A DNA stretch of 63,251 nucleotides, the filler included, from Thraustochytrium aureum (taxonomy: Eukaryota), in NCBI GenBank assembly GCA_012862495.1. It is 5 parts of 4 records of this genome, joined end to end, with 100 filler letters (N's around TTAATTAATTAA, not from the genome) between each part and the next. Parts side by side here need not be neighbours in the genome. Positions count along the whole stretch, not along the records: positions 1 to 21,400 come from BLSG01000080.1; positions 21,501 to 37,116 come from BLSG01000080.1; 3 more parts are not named here. The stretch is one strand, 5' to 3'. The position numbers and the translations under genes are program-made. Numbering within the stretch: position 1 is the stretch's first letter; every line of letters starts with the position of its first letter. Under the pieces are notes generated by a model. It worked only from the letters and a program-made list of their open reading frames with translations, made no database searches and was not told where the DNA came from. Shown here piece by piece: positions 12,933 to 23,938 of the stretch.

Positions 12933-15629
12933 TCAGTGATCGCGTTGCACGCTCGCCGCTGCAATGGCGTTGCCAAAGACACTCGCAGGAACGCTCTGCT
13001 GCTCGAGGTCGAGGCCCTCGACGGCCTCCGTCGGGCTGTGCTCCGCTTGCGCGACGTCACTTGGTTCGGTTTCCTCTGGAAGGCTGTCCCCGCCGACTGC
13101 TGCGGCGCCAACCCAAAGCGCGGCGCTGGCTCCTCCGTCGACCGGGTCCGCGCTAAAGTTTGTCTGCTTGAATCGGACGGAGACGCTCCGCTTGACGCGG
13201 AGCATCTCGCGGAACGTGTCTTCGTTCCCGTGCGCGATCTCAAAGTCGTTCCAGGCGCGCCAGTAGGAGAGGACAGTGCGCGGGTCTGCAAACTGGGCGC
13301 CATACCGGAGAATAGCGCGCGCGCGGTCCACCTCCCCGAGCTTGCGCTCCTTTTCCGCGTAACGAAGGCAGAGCGTTCGCAGCTGCACCGGGTCGGAGAG
13401 CTTTTCGATGGCCATTTCGTACACTTGGCGCGCGCGGGCAATCCCAAACAGCTCCTCGGCCTTGCCAATGTAAAGAAGGAACAAGTCCACCTTGTCGCTC
13501 TGGGGCGCAGCGTCGCAGAGTCGGTCGAGAGCGTTCACGGCTCGTCGGGGGTCCCCGAAGCGCTCCTCAAAGTCCGCGAGGAGGAGGTATATTGGCCTGC
13601 ACTGGTCTTGTGGCGCGCCTGCGAGCGCTTGTTCAAACAGCTCCCGCGTTCGAAAGTTCTTGTCGCCCCTGTACCGCGCGATAAAGCGCGACAGGTAGTT
13701 GATCCAGATGTCGCCAACGTGCGGCCAGTCAAATAGTGCGACGCCCCGTTCAAAGGCCTTGAACGCCTCCTCAAAAAAACGGTGCTCCTCAAGCATCCCT
13801 GCGTAGTTTAGCACTGTCTGCGGCGTTGCGACCTTGATCTCGAGCATTTTGTCGTACGCGGCTCGGGCCGTGGCGAGAGACCCAAGGCTCTCCTCGAGGT
13901 CGACGTGAAGCGACCACAGTCGAGTAGACCGATACACCCGCTTTTGCAGGCGAGTTTTCTCCTGCACAATATCGGCGACTGCGGCCTCCTCCTCCTCCTC
14001 CTCCTCCTCCACTCCTTCGTCCTCGCCGACGTCCGCCTCCGTGCCATCTTGCTCGCGTTTCCCCCGCTCCGTGGCTCCCTCGGCACGCGCCGACCCTTCG
14101 TGCGGCAGCGAGGGGATCCCCTTCGCCTTTCGCTGTCGCCGAATGTTGAGCATCTCTAGCACTTGACGCTCTGAGACTGGCGTAAGCGGGGCTTGAACCA
14201 AGCGGCGGGCGGCTTCGAATGCGCCCTGACGCAGCTCGAGCTCTGCCTGAGCGCAGTAGACGTTCACCAGGTCTTCGGCGGCCTTGAACGGGCTCCGCAC
14301 CGCTGTTGCAAGCACTGCACGCGCCTCGTCGACGTCGTCGTTGTCTTCATACACCCTCGACAGACGGATCCACAGCGACGACGGCTCGCCAAGCGCAACA
14401 GCAGGGTTGACTTTGTCAACAGCCTCCTTGTATGTCAGCACGACGGAAGCAAGGTCGTCCCTGGCGCGGAAGAGGGCCGCGCGCTTGTGCCACTCGTCGC
14501 AGTTGTGCGGGTTTTGGCGCAGCACGACTGCGCTTAGGAGGAACGGGCGTTCCTCCATCAGCCGCTCTAATTGCGCGAGGCGCAGGTCGACGTCGTTGAT
14601 CCTGTCCTCGGCGTCCACATTCACATCGTAGAAAAACTTGTCCAAAGCCACAGCACCAGGTTTGTCCCCAGGGTTCGTCTCCACGGCTGGGTCCTCGGCA
14701 TCGTCGAAGAGATCGATCTTGGCGTTCAGCATGCCTTCAAGGAACTGCATGTATGCATCAAAGACGGCGGTGAAGTCCCGTACGGTCGAGACGGCCTGCA
14801 TGGCCTCCTCGTAGATCTCTTGCGCCCTATCAAAGCGGCCAAGGCGCAGAAAGTGCTCTGCGAGAGCGCACCACAGTCGCCCTGTCTCGTCGCTAAACCT
14901 TCCAAGCCCAGTGCGGATCACTTGCTCTACGTCGAGCGTTGCCTTCCCAAGCGACCGCGCCTCCTCAGGGTGCTTGACCATCATAGTACATAATTGCATC
15001 CAAAGTGCATGTGACGTAGTGCCCCGCGAGGAGACAAAGTCTTGGTCGCGCACAATCAGGCTAAGCTGCTCCATGGCAAGGGCGTGGCGGCCAGCAGCGA
15101 TCAAGTACTCCAAGTACCGTTCTCGCTGCCGGGGCTGGAATTCGAGGTACCTTGGATAAACGTGAGCCCCAAGTTGCCACACTGCGGGGTGCTTGTCAAC
15201 AGCATCCAGGTAAAGCTCCCAGATCCGCGCGTGTTGCGTCACAGGAAGCGCTCTGAGCGCCCGATCCAGCACGAGCCTGAGCCTTGTAAGCATGCCTTGC
15301 TGCTCGAGAAACGCAGCATAATCCAGCCACACGCGCGGCATCTTGTGCATGTACAAGATAGCCCGCTCAAACGCGCGATTCGTCTCGGCCACGTCCGGGT
15401 CCTCCGCCGGCCTGCCCCGAGCAACCACCACGCGTTCCCGAAGATACGCCGCCCAAAGTTTATAGCTCCCCGGCAAGTGAAAAAGCGCCCGTTCAAACAC
15501 CGCTTCCCTCACCTCGAACGCGGCATCCCTCCTCAGCTCGAGGTACTTCCACCACGTCCTCACGTCCATGGGCTCGCGCACGACGCCCTCTTCCGCGGCC
15601 TCGACCTCCGCCGCACCCTGCTCGTCCAT
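12933..15629 (-). CDS. XAB2: Pre-mRNA splicing factor SYF1/XAB2 (HAT-repeat protein)
   Basis: Motifs ERAL..LPGSYKLW..YL, MHKMPRVW, DRALRALPVTQH.RIW, LRQNPHN..EW, FEEAFKAFERGV.LF.WP, E.KLGE.DRAR.I, W..FEI.HGNEDTFREMLR.KRSV. Likely start MDEQ at 15629. Confidence 0.95.
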   Translation of the reverse strand: MDEQGAAEVEAAEEGVVREPMDVRTWWKYLELRRDAAFEVREAVFERALFHLPGSYKLWAAYLRERVVVARGRPAEDPDVAETNRAFERAILYMHKMPRVWLDYAAFLEQQGMLTRLRLVLDRALRALPVTQHARIWELYLDAVDKHPAVWQLGAHVYPRYLEFQPRQRERYLEYLIAAGRHALAMEQLSLIVRDQDFVSSRGTTSHALWMQLCTMMVKHPEEARSLGKATLDVEQVIRTGLGRFSDETGRLWCALAEHFLRLGRFDRAQEIYEEAMQAVSTVRDFTAVFDAYMQFLEGMLNAKIDLFDDAEDPAVETNPGDKPGAVALDKFFYDVNVDAEDRINDVDLRLAQLERLMEERPFLLSAVVLRQNPHNCDEWHKRAALFRARDDLASVVLTYKEAVDKVNPAVALGEPSSLWIRLSRVYEDNDDVDEARAVLATAVRSPFKAAEDLVNVYCAQAELELRQGAFEAARRLVQAPLTPVSERQVLEMLNIRRQRKAKGIPSLPHEGSARAEGATERGKREQDGTEADVGEDEGVEEEEEEEEAAVADIVQEKTRLQKRVYRSTRLWSLHVDLEESLGSLATARAAYDKMLEIKVATPQTVLNYAGMLEEHRFFEEAFKAFERGVALFDWPHVGDIWINYLSRFIARYRGDKNFRTRELFEQALAGAPQDQCRPIYLLLADFEERFGDPRRAVNALDRLCDAAPQSDKVDLFLLYIGKAEELFGIARARQVYEMAIEKLSDPVQLRTLCLRYAEKERKLGEVDRARAILRYGAQFADPRTVLSYWRAWNDFEIAHGNEDTFREMLRVKRSVSVRFKQTNFSADPVDGGASAALWVGAAAVGGDSLPEETEPSDVAQAEHSPTEAVEGLDLEQQSVPASVFGNAIAAASVQRDH

Positions 15630-15874
15630 CTCGACGTCCACAAACCTAGCCACAACCCACTCCACAGCGCACGCCCCTCCACCTCCTCCTGCTGCTGCTG
15701 CTGCTGCTGGTCGCGCTCCTGTGCTCGGGGTCTGTTGCTGATGGTGGCGGTCCGCGACAGAGTTCTGCAGGTCGTGGTCGTGGACGGCGCTCGGAGCCCA
15801 AGGCTGCTCCTGCAGCTGGTTCGCGTACGTGTCTGCAGCTGGTNNNNNNNNNNNNNNNNNNNNNNNNNNNNNNN

Positions 15875-16348
15875 CGACGGGGTCGTACTCCTCCACAGAG
15901 CTCGAGTGGTTGTCCTCGAAAAACCGCTTGAGCCACTGCATGAACTCGAGGTTGTCCTGGTACCTGGCGCGGATCAGGCGGTCGACCTCGATGGCGCGGT
16001 CGATCTTGAGCTTGGCAAACACAGACTGAAGGACCTTGTAGTTGCTCACGAACTCGTAGTCGGTCTTGGCGCCCCAGTTGACCTTGCTCATTGGCACCTT
16101 GCCAGGGAACAGGGCGTCCATGACTTGGCAGGCAACAGCGCCGGAGGCGGTCTCCTCGATCCTGTCGCGGGCCTCGTGTCAGCACGACCGCCGCTCCACC
16201 GCCGCGCAAGGGCAGCCCCACCGCGCGCCCGCACTTACTTGGTAAGATTGAGCTGGCACAGCTCATTCAGCCAGTCGAGGATCAACTTGCGGCCCACGAA
16301 GTACGCGTCGTCCATCATGCCCACGGACCTGTTCACCACGGCGGCCAT
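15875..16348 (-). CDS. EB1: Microtubule plus-end binding protein EB1/MAPRE, N-terminal CH domain; two exons (16348-16239, 16161-15875), C-terminus lost in the gap
   Basis: MAAVVNRSVGMMDDAYFVGRKLILDWLNELCQLNLTK|IEETASGAVACQVMDALFPGKVPMSKVNW..NYKVLQ..F..IEVDRLIRARYQDNLEFMQW is a canonical EB1 CH domain. Confidence 0.93.
16162..16238 (-). other. Spliceosomal GT-AG intron (77 nt) in EB1
   Basis: Donor GTAAGT at 16238, branch-like GCTGAC near 16180 and acceptor CAG ending at 16162. Splicing restores AA|G (Lys) and the conserved TKIEE motif. Confidence 0.9.
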
Positions 16349-16409
16349 CCTGCCTGTCTGCCTGCCTGCGCCTCGCACAGCCGCAACAGCCCGCTCCCCT
16401 CGCGTCGGC

Positions 16410-16710
16410 CCTCCTGCTGCTGCTCCTGCTGCTCCTGCTGCTCCTGCTGCGGCTGCGGCGGCTGCGGCGGCTGCGAGACCGCGTTCTTTCGAAAGGGGCC
16501 TGTCTGTCTGCTGGCGCTGGTGTGCTGAAGGCGCTGCTGTTCGCTCGCTCGCTCCTCGGCGTCGTGGGGGTCTGGTGCACTCTGGCCCTGCAGACCACCA
16601 ACCGCAGCACGAGCAGCACGAGCAGCACGAGCAGCACGAGCAGCACGAGCAGCACGAGGAGCTCGAGCAGCAGCAGGAGGTCGAGGAGGAGGTCGAGGAG
16701 GAGGTCGAGG
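16410..16710. repeat. Low-complexity repeats (CTGCTGCTC, GCGGCT, GAGCAGCAC, GAGGAGGTC units) in the divergent EB1 / ankyrin-MTase intergenic region
   Basis: Short tandem units are directly visible. Confidence 0.8.
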
Positions 16711-16762
16711 TTGGTGTGGTTGTTGGGGCTGGTGGTTGTTGGGGTCCGAGGAGCGGCTGGGG

Positions 16763-18088
16763 ATGGCGGGCCTCGTGGGAAGCGACGCCGGAATCAATGT
16801 CGCGGAGGCGCAAGCCGAGTTTGGGCTGTGCGCAAGGTATGGAGAGCTGGATGAGATGGTCGAGATGTGGGATGGGTGCAAGGGGGTGCTCGATGTTGAC
16901 TTTGCGGATGCGCAAGGGTCCACGGCGCTGCACATGGCCGCCGCGAACGGGCATACGGAGGTAGTCGCTTGGCTCCTGAAGCGCGGCGCGAGATGCTGCG
17001 CCAACGCGAGCGGGAATAGCCCGCTCCTGTGGGCACTGCTGAATAAACAGAAAGAGGCGGCTGTTCTGCTGCTCAAGCGCGGGCTCGGCGTGGACGTCCT
17101 CGAGACCAACGCGACGGGCAAAAGCGCCGTCTCATTCGCCTACGACGCAAACGACACCGAGCTGCTGCAACTTGTTCTCGAGCACCCGAGCGCTGCTCGG
17201 CTAAACCGCGACGGAAGCGTTGCGCCGAAGGGGACGAAAAGCGACCTTGAGCGAGACGAAGAGGCGGACGCTGCCGGCGAGCCGAGCGACGCCGCAAGTC
17301 TCGCCCAGGAGCAGACGCACACAAGCACTCTCCGAATCGGCGAGACCGTTGTCAGGGTTCGTGAGATCGGTTTTGTCGACGCGTTGGGGGCAGGCCAGGT
17401 TCGCGCAGAGTTGGGCGAGGGCGATCTCGCCACAACCGGAGCCTTTCTTTGGGCAGCTTCGCTGATCTTGGCCCAGTGGATTGCCGGTGACCTGCGCGAA
17501 GCGCTTGATGGAAAGGCCGTTGTTGAACTTGGCGCCGGCTGCGGCTTGCCTGGGCTGGCCGCTTCGCTTTGCACAGCGGCTGCGTCAGTCACCGTGACCG
17601 ACATGGACTCTCGCACGTTTGCCAACACAGAACACAATGTGCAGCAGTGCAACAAAGACGAGGGGCGCGCATTGAGCGCGGCCACGCTAAACTGGTGCGA
17701 CCAGGCCACTTGGCCTGCGGATCTGGTCGGGTCAACGGACGCGGTGATCGGTTCGGACCTTGTTTACGACCTGGCACTTGTTGCCCCCCTCGTTTCTGTC
17801 ATCCGCGCTCTTTTGAAGCCAGGAGCTGGTTCTGCGTTCTACTACGTGTCGGCAGACACGGACCGCGCAGGGTGCAAAGAGTTTGTTCGCGCGCTGCAGG
17901 ACGCCGGGTTCTCGATGCAAGCTGCTGCTGTTCCCGACGAGCTCTGCGGCAACCCGATCGACGATTGCGACGAGCCCGCGTTTGCGCTCAGGTTTCCAGA
18001 GTTTGCGTCGACAACGTTCACGATGTACACGTTCAGGCCGCAAGTTGCTGAGCTCGAGGCCGAGTTAGCTCCAGGGGCAACTGCGTGA
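16763..18088 (+). CDS. Ankyrin-repeat (Yar1-like) protein fused to a family-16 (METTL21/EEF2KMT-type) seven-beta-strand methyltransferase
   Basis: Ankyrin motifs ARYGELDE, GSTALHMAAANGH, GNSPLLWA. MTase motifs TG.FLWAASLILAQWI, VVELGAGCGLPG, VTVTD, LNW, VIGSDLVY. Confidence 0.88.
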   Translation: MAGLVGSDAGINVAEAQAEFGLCARYGELDEMVEMWDGCKGVLDVDFADAQGSTALHMAAANGHTEVVAWLLKRGARCCANASGNSPLLWALLNKQKEAAVLLLKRGLGVDVLETNATGKSAVSFAYDANDTELLQLVLEHPSAARLNRDGSVAPKGTKSDLERDEEADAAGEPSDAASLAQEQTHTSTLRIGETVVRVREIGFVDALGAGQVRAELGEGDLATTGAFLWAASLILAQWIAGDLREALDGKAVVELGAGCGLPGLAASLCTAAASVTVTDMDSRTFANTEHNVQQCNKDEGRALSAATLNWCDQATWPADLVGSTDAVIGSDLVYDLALVAPLVSVIRALLKPGAGSAFYYVSADTDRAGCKEFVRALQDAGFSMQAAAVPDELCGNPIDDCDEPAFALRFPEFASTTFTMYTFRPQVAELEAELAPGATA

Positions 18089-18430
18089 CGCGAATCGCGC
18101 TTGCAGGCGCGCGTGGACACGTGCGGAGTGCGAGGCGCGCAGGAGGGGACGCGAGTCGCGCATGGCACGTTCTTTCTTTGAGGGCAAGGATCTCGTTTCT
18201 GCGGCTTGGCGTCAGAATCTGAAGCGAGCATTCCCACTTGAAGCGAGCGTTGTCGTTCTCAACAGCAACAGCAAAAACCAAAGGCAAATCTGTTTTTTTC
18301 ATCTCTTTTATGACGCGTCGCACGCGAGCCAGGCGCGCGCACAGGCGCTGTCTTGGGACCCGTGCGTGTTGTGTGTAGTGCAGTTCGATCCACCGGCAGA
18401 CGGGAAACGACGAGCGTGTTTCGTTTCGTG

Positions 18431-21278
18431 TTACGTGGCGTTCTGACTCGCCAAGGCGCCGCTCTGCACGAAGCATTCCGCGTGCGCCAGGTAGGTTGCC
18501 TCAAAGTCGGTTTCGCTAGCCACCTCCTCGAGGACCGAGACGACACGGGGGCAAACGTCCAAGACGGCCCGTGTCAGCCACGCGTAGTCCTCGTTGCCAA
18601 GCGCAAATGTATCGCTCGTGGGGGAGCCCGCCTCCTTGGCCCCGTCAAAGCCGGCAGAGAGGATGATCAGGTCTGGCGCGAACTTGCGCAAGTTGGCGAG
18701 CACACGCGCCCAGGCTGACCGCCACCTTTTCGGGGGGCAAGGGTCCAGCACCTCCACGCTGGCCCTCTCCTTCCAAAGCCCCAGGTGCTCCTTGCGTCGC
18801 TTGCCGCAGACCGCCGAGGAGAATGGGCGCGCATCGACGGAGCCGAAGAACAAGCACTCGGCCCGCGGGTCGCCCGCGCGCTCCAGTGTCTCGACGTACT
18901 TTTGCAAGACCGCTTCCGAGCCGAGCCCGCCGATACCACACATATCAAGCAGGGCTGTTCTTGCGCCAAAGTTCTCCACCGCGAAAGCGGCCCCGACGGC
19001 AGCGTTGTTAAATGCAGAGTGCCCCAGGTTGTCGAGGAGGGGGTTGTCCTGGCCAACGACGCCGCCGTAGCCCGTGCGGTGTCCGGGCGGGCGCACAACG
19101 CATAGCGCGTTTTTGGCGGCGCACGGCGTGCCAGAATTTACGGTCAGTCGGGCTGGGCGCCCCTGGGCCTCCATATACAACGCAGAGGTGGGCAGGATGC
19201 GCTCCACGGCGACGCAGACAGCTCCAGCCGCCTTGAGCGAGCCGCGCAAGAAGAGGTCTAGGTCGTCGCTCGCCTTGGCGCCCTCATAGTAGCGGAAGAC
19301 CATCGCCGGGTCGTGAATCTTGAGCAGAATGCCGAGCGGCGCTGGCGTCGGATCGGAGAGCCACACGAGCTCGCTCGAGCCGAACCGTCTAGAGAGCAAG
19401 GTCAGCACGGCTGCCATGTACGCCGAGCTCCGCTTGCTGTGCAGCGATACCAGGTAGCAGTCCATATCTGTGATGACGAGGGTCGCTCCGCAGGTCGCGC
19501 GCGGCGCAGCGCCGCCTCCAAAACGCCACTTTGTTGCGGAGTTGCTCGAGCTTGTGGCCGCGAGGCCTTTTTNNNNNNNNNNNNNNNNNNNNNNNNNNNN
19601 NNNNNNNNNNNNNNNNNNNNNNNNNNNNNNNNNNNNNNNNNNNNNNNNNNNNNNNNNNNNNNNNNNNNNNNNNNNNNNNNNNNNNNNNNNNNNNNNNNNN
19701 NNNNNNNNNNNNNNNNNNNNNNNNNNNNNNNNNNNNNNNNNNNNNNNNNNNNNNNNNNNNNNNNNNNNNNNNNNNNNNNNNNNNNNNNNNNNNNNNNNNN
19801 NNNNNNNNNNNNNNNNNNNNNNNNNNNNNNNNNNNNNNNNNNNNNNNNNNNNNNNNNNNNNNNNNNNNNNNNNNNNNNNNNNNNNNNNNNNNNNNNNNNN
19901 NNNNNNNNNNNNNNNNNNNNNNNNNNNNNNNNNNNNNNNNNNNNNNNNNNNNNNNNNNNNNNNNNNNNNNNNNNNNNNNNNNNNNNNNNNNNNNNNNNNN
20001 NNNNNNNNNNNNNNNNNNNNNNNNNNNNNNNNNNNNNNNNNNNNNNNNNNNNNNNNNNNNNNNNNNNNNNNNNNNNNNNNNNNNNNNNNNNNNNNNNNNN
20101 NNNNNNNNNNNNNNNNNNNNNNNNNNNNNNNNNNNNNNNNNNNNNNNNNNNNNNNNNNNNNNNNNNNNNNNNNNNNNNNNNNNNNNNNNNNNNNNNNNNN
20201 NNNNNNNNNNNNNNNNNNNNNNNNNNNNNNNNNNNNNNNNNNNNNNNNNNNNNNNNNNNNNNNNNNNNNNNNNNNNNNNNNNNNNNNNNNNNNNNNNNNN
20301 NNNNNNNNNNNNNNNNNNNNNNNNNNNNNNNNNNNNNNNNNNNNNNNNNNNNNNNNNNNNNNNNNNNNNNNNNNNNNNNNNNNNNNNNNNNNNNNNNNNN
20401 NNNNNNNNNNNNNNNNNNNNNNNNNNNNNNNNNNNNNNNNNNNNNNCTTGCTGTCGTCGTCGTCGTCTTCGTCTTCGTAGTCGTCGTCGCCGCCGCCGTC
20501 ACTCGCGTCGGCCGCCTCCTCCTCGTCGGCTGTCTGTTCCGCGTGGGACGCAGAGTCGGGGGAAATCGACTCCGCTTCGTGCTTGAACCCGTGCTTGAAC
20601 GAGCCGAACACCGCACTCGCTGGGGGTGGGCGTGCATGCCACCTGCGGCGGCTCCATTTTCTGCGCCTCTCTCACCTTGGCCGGGCGGGCGTGCAGGCCA
20701 GACTTGTCTCTGCTTTCCAAAGCGTCCTCGCGCGACTTGGTCCTCCGTTCTGCCACGGCTTCGACTCCGTCCCACTTTTTCTCGGGCCCTGCGCCTTGTA
20801 CAGGGCTATTCCCGACGGAGAGCAAGGCTTGGATAGCGTCTTCATTTCGCGTGGCAATGGCAGCGCTTTCATCTGTTGTCTCCGGAGCGGATTCCTTGCG
20901 CGGTTTGTGGCCATTGTCTGCGGCGAGCGTGCGCTGCCAGCGGCTGAGGTTGGCCTGGTCCGCCGACATCCTCCGGGGCAAGCTGCGCTGCTGGGGCTTG
21001 GTGTCGGTTTCGCGCTCGCTGCTTTGGCCAGGTTGCGCGGCGGCAGGCGCAGGCTTGCTGTGCGGCGCATTGCCAGGGGTTGGCGGCTTCGCCCCGGCTT
21101 GCGCCTCTTTGGTCCCAGCAGAGCTACGTTCTTGCTCTTCTGTGCGACCTAGCCGGAAGTCGCCCGCTCCGTCATCTTCGCGGGAGTTGCTGCCCAAGAG
21201 GCTGAAGTAGGCTGGCAGTTTTTCTCGGGCGGCGCCAAACACTTGCCTCGCGTCCGCATACTCGGCGTCACGGTCCAT
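18431..21278 (-). CDS. Protein with a low-complexity N-terminus and a C-terminal class II/HOS3-like HDAC-fold domain with degenerate catalytic residues (gap and frame change inside; 5' end uncertain)
   Basis: NALCVVRPPGH, FNNAAVGA, F.PDLIILSAGFDG, L..EDYAWLT..V, RVVSVLE follow the HDAC motif order. The N-terminal ORF 20499..21278 is in a different frame. Confidence 0.72.
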
Positions 21279-21444
21279 CGGCTCAACTCGCGATCAGACT
21301 AGCAGCGGTCGTTTGCCCGCAGCGAAGCAGCCCCAGCCCGTCGTCGCAGCCACTTTCTCGCCTGCGGGTGCGCCTTCGTCGTCGTAGTAGGTGACTTGCT
21401 NNNNNNNNNNNNNNNNNNNNNNNNNNNNNNNNNNNNNNNNNNNN

Positions 21445-21456
21445 TTAATTAATTAA
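21445..21456. other. Artificial scaffold linker TTAATTAATTAA flanked by Ns
   Basis: The identical 12-mer between N runs occurs four times and gives stops in all six frames. Confidence 0.97.
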
Positions 21457-21500
21457 NNNNNNNNNNNNNNNNNNNNNNNNNNNNNNNNNNNNNNNNNNNN

Positions 21501-21572
21501 CTCTCCGCGCACGACGTCGACGAGCACGCGCTGTGTCCGCTGGTCGACGTCGAGTATCCTTTCCAGGTGTGA
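21501..21572 (+). CDS. Possible 3' end of a gene truncated by the scaffold edge
   Basis: The frame LSAHDVDEHALCPLVDVEYPFQV-TGA has GC3-rich codons like neighbouring genes but is too short to identify. Confidence 0.35.
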   Translation, partial: LSAHDVDEHALCPLVDVEYPFQV

Positions 21573-21950
21573 CGCGCGTTTGGCCAACGTTCCGGCCACC
21601 GCAGCCACGGCGGAGGCGACTCAGCGCCGCGCGTGCAACCTACCTCTGCACTGCAGAGTCGGGCAGAAAACAAGATGATGGAAGGTGGACCCAGCCCTTA
21701 GGTCCCAACATTTGTAAAACCGCAATACTTGGCGGCCCATGTGGACCTGCAACTTTGGCCTTTTCTCGAACTCGTCCGCCGTACAGTGCGCCCAGCTGGC
21801 TGGGCTTGGACAAATAGGTGCCCCGCACAACGAGTTGCCAGGCGCGATGACAAACGCGCAAAATGCAAACATGTTCATTGCGCCGCCAGAAGGGGGGCGA
21901 GCGCGTTTCCCTAATACACGGCCGCGCGATCGCTCATAGATAGAGGCCAG

Positions 21951-22767
21951 TCAGACCTCGCCGAGATGGTGCCGGTACATCGCTGCGTCATCCATCGCGC
22001 CGCCTTTGGAAGCGCCCCCTTCTGCCGCCAAGGCGGCGGCCCCATGCTCGAGCCCCACGCGGAAGAGCGCATAATAGATCACCAGGTAGATCATGACGTA
22101 CTGCTCACAGGTGACAACCATCCCGGGCCGCTGATTTCGCAAGTTGGCAACGACCTGGGAGACGTCAAGCTTGAGCTTTTGAGCGGGCGCCTTGCCCTGC
22201 GCGCCGCGTCGGACGGCGTCCCGCACCTGGGCGAGCAACGTCTCAATTGCGATGTAGGTCCCCGTGCGGCCGATCCCTGCGCTGCAGTGCACGAGAAGCG
22301 GCCCCAGAGCCTCTCCGGGGGAGGCACGGCGCTGTTGGTCGAGCGCCTTGTTGATGCAAGCATGCACACCGAGGTAGAGGCCAAAGTTACTCACGCTCCC
22401 AAAGTCGGGCCAGTGCGTAAAATGAACATGCATAATGGTGCGCGGCTCCAGCGCGTTGTCGGGAGGCGGGACGACGTGAAGCTTGCGCACCACGAGGCCA
22501 CGGCCCTTGTCGCGCGCGTCCATGGCCTCGCACGTGACTTTAAAGTCGCCGTACTCGGCCGCCTCGCCTGGTTCGAGCGGGAAATACTGCTCCGCCTTGA
22601 CGCGTGTCCGTCCCCCGGCGCTTTCCTTCCAAGGCGTAAGCATGGCAATGACTGGGATGCGGTACTCGAGGCAGAGCCTCCAAAAGTCTGGGATGGTCGC
22701 TTCGAGCGGGGCTTGGGCTGCAATGTATTCTGGCTTGGCCCACCGCTCGAGTCCCTCGGCCGGGATT
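21951..22767 (-). CDS. Classical protein tyrosine phosphatase (5' part in gap 22768-23131)
   Basis: YIAAQAPL..TIPDFW, HFTHWPDFG (WPD loop), VHCSAGIGRTG (P-loop), LRNQRPGMV.T.EQY (Q-loop). Confidence 0.95.
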
Positions 22768-23220
22768 NNNNNNNNNNNNNNNNNNNNNNNNNNNNNNNNN
22801 NNNNNNNNNNNNNNNNNNNNNNNNNNNNNNNNNNNNNNNNNNNNNNNNNNNNNNNNNNNNNNNNNNNNNNNNNNNNNNNNNNNNNNNNNNNNNNNNNNNN
22901 NNNNNNNNNNNNNNNNNNNNNNNNNNNNNNNNNNNNNNNNNNNNNNNNNNNNNNNNNNNNNNNNNNNNNNNNNNNNNNNNNNNNNNNNNNNNNNNNNNNN
23001 NNNNNNNNNNNNNNNNNNNNNNNNNNNNNNNNNNNNNNNNNNNNNNNNNNNNNNNNNNNNNNNNNNNNNNNNNNNNNNNNNNNNNNNNNNNNNNNNNNNN
23101 NNNNNNNNNNNNNNNNNNNNNNNNNNNNNNNCGCCCCGCTCTGCCCGCCTCTGCGCTCCTCCTCCCCCTCCCGCGCATCTCGCCGCTCCAGACGATCAAC
23201 GAGCTGCTCGCCCGCACCTT

Positions 23221-23370
23221 AATCGATTACAATCGGCCTCACCTCACCGCCTTTGAGCTCTTCCTCACTCATTCAATCGGCTCGACTGGGAGAGTCAATC
23301 GACAATCAATCGGCATTCAATCGACTTTCCCTGCTCGGAGAAAAATCGATTTTCTAAGTTGAATCGATTG
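23221..23370. repeat. Cluster of eight AATCG motifs, several at 10-11 bp spacing
   Basis: AATCG starts at 23221, 23231, 23275, 23297, 23308, 23319, 23344 and 23362. Confidence 0.75.
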
Positions 23371-23938
23371 AACCGTGCCGATCACTCGGTTGCTCGCCAG
23401 AGGAGAAGCGGACTTCGCGAAAGGGCAGTGCCGGCAGCCAACTGTCTTCTCGGCCGCCAGGTCCTGAGCGCGCGTGAGCTGGCGGGCTGACTGGCTGGCT
23501 GGCTGGCTGGCGAGCGCTGCTGGCGGGCTTGCTGCTCAGGCGCCGCGCACGGGCTCCTGGCGCTGTGGCGAGCGTGGCAACCGCCAGGCGTGCGTTGCTC
23601 GTGAGCCGCCTGCCTTGCTGCTGCTCGGCGGAGAGGCTGTCGGGCCTGACGCAAGGACTACTGGAGCAGCGGACACCGCTGGATCTTGGCGGGCTGGCCC
23701 AGCAGCGAGCGCGCGGGACCGAGGCGACGCGACGCGCGGCCTGCGGGTGAGCAGGTCGCGGTAGTTCGTTCGCCTCAGACCCCCAAAAGGAAGGGCGCGA
23801 CCCTCTCCAAGGCCGGGCTCGATCTGCGCCCCCGCGGAATTGGCGCTGGGAGGCAGCGCCCTTGGGCGTTGCGCCTAGCAGAAACGCCGGACGCGGACAC
23901 CGAGGCGCGCCTGCACGACCGGCACCGGCGCTGGTAGA

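Noticed and set aside
12933..16121. Apparent EB1-SYF1 fusion ORF (1062 aa)
   Set aside because: The join runs through a 31-N gap. EB1's coiled-coil/EBH C-terminus is missing, the linker is low-complexity, and SYF1 has its own plausible ATG at 15629. This is most likely two genes with an undersized gap.
21570..21900. TGA at 21570 as selenocysteine with a downstream SECIS (ATGA...AAA near 21846)
   Set aside because: I could not form the required kink-turn stem by eye, and there is no redox motif before the TGA.
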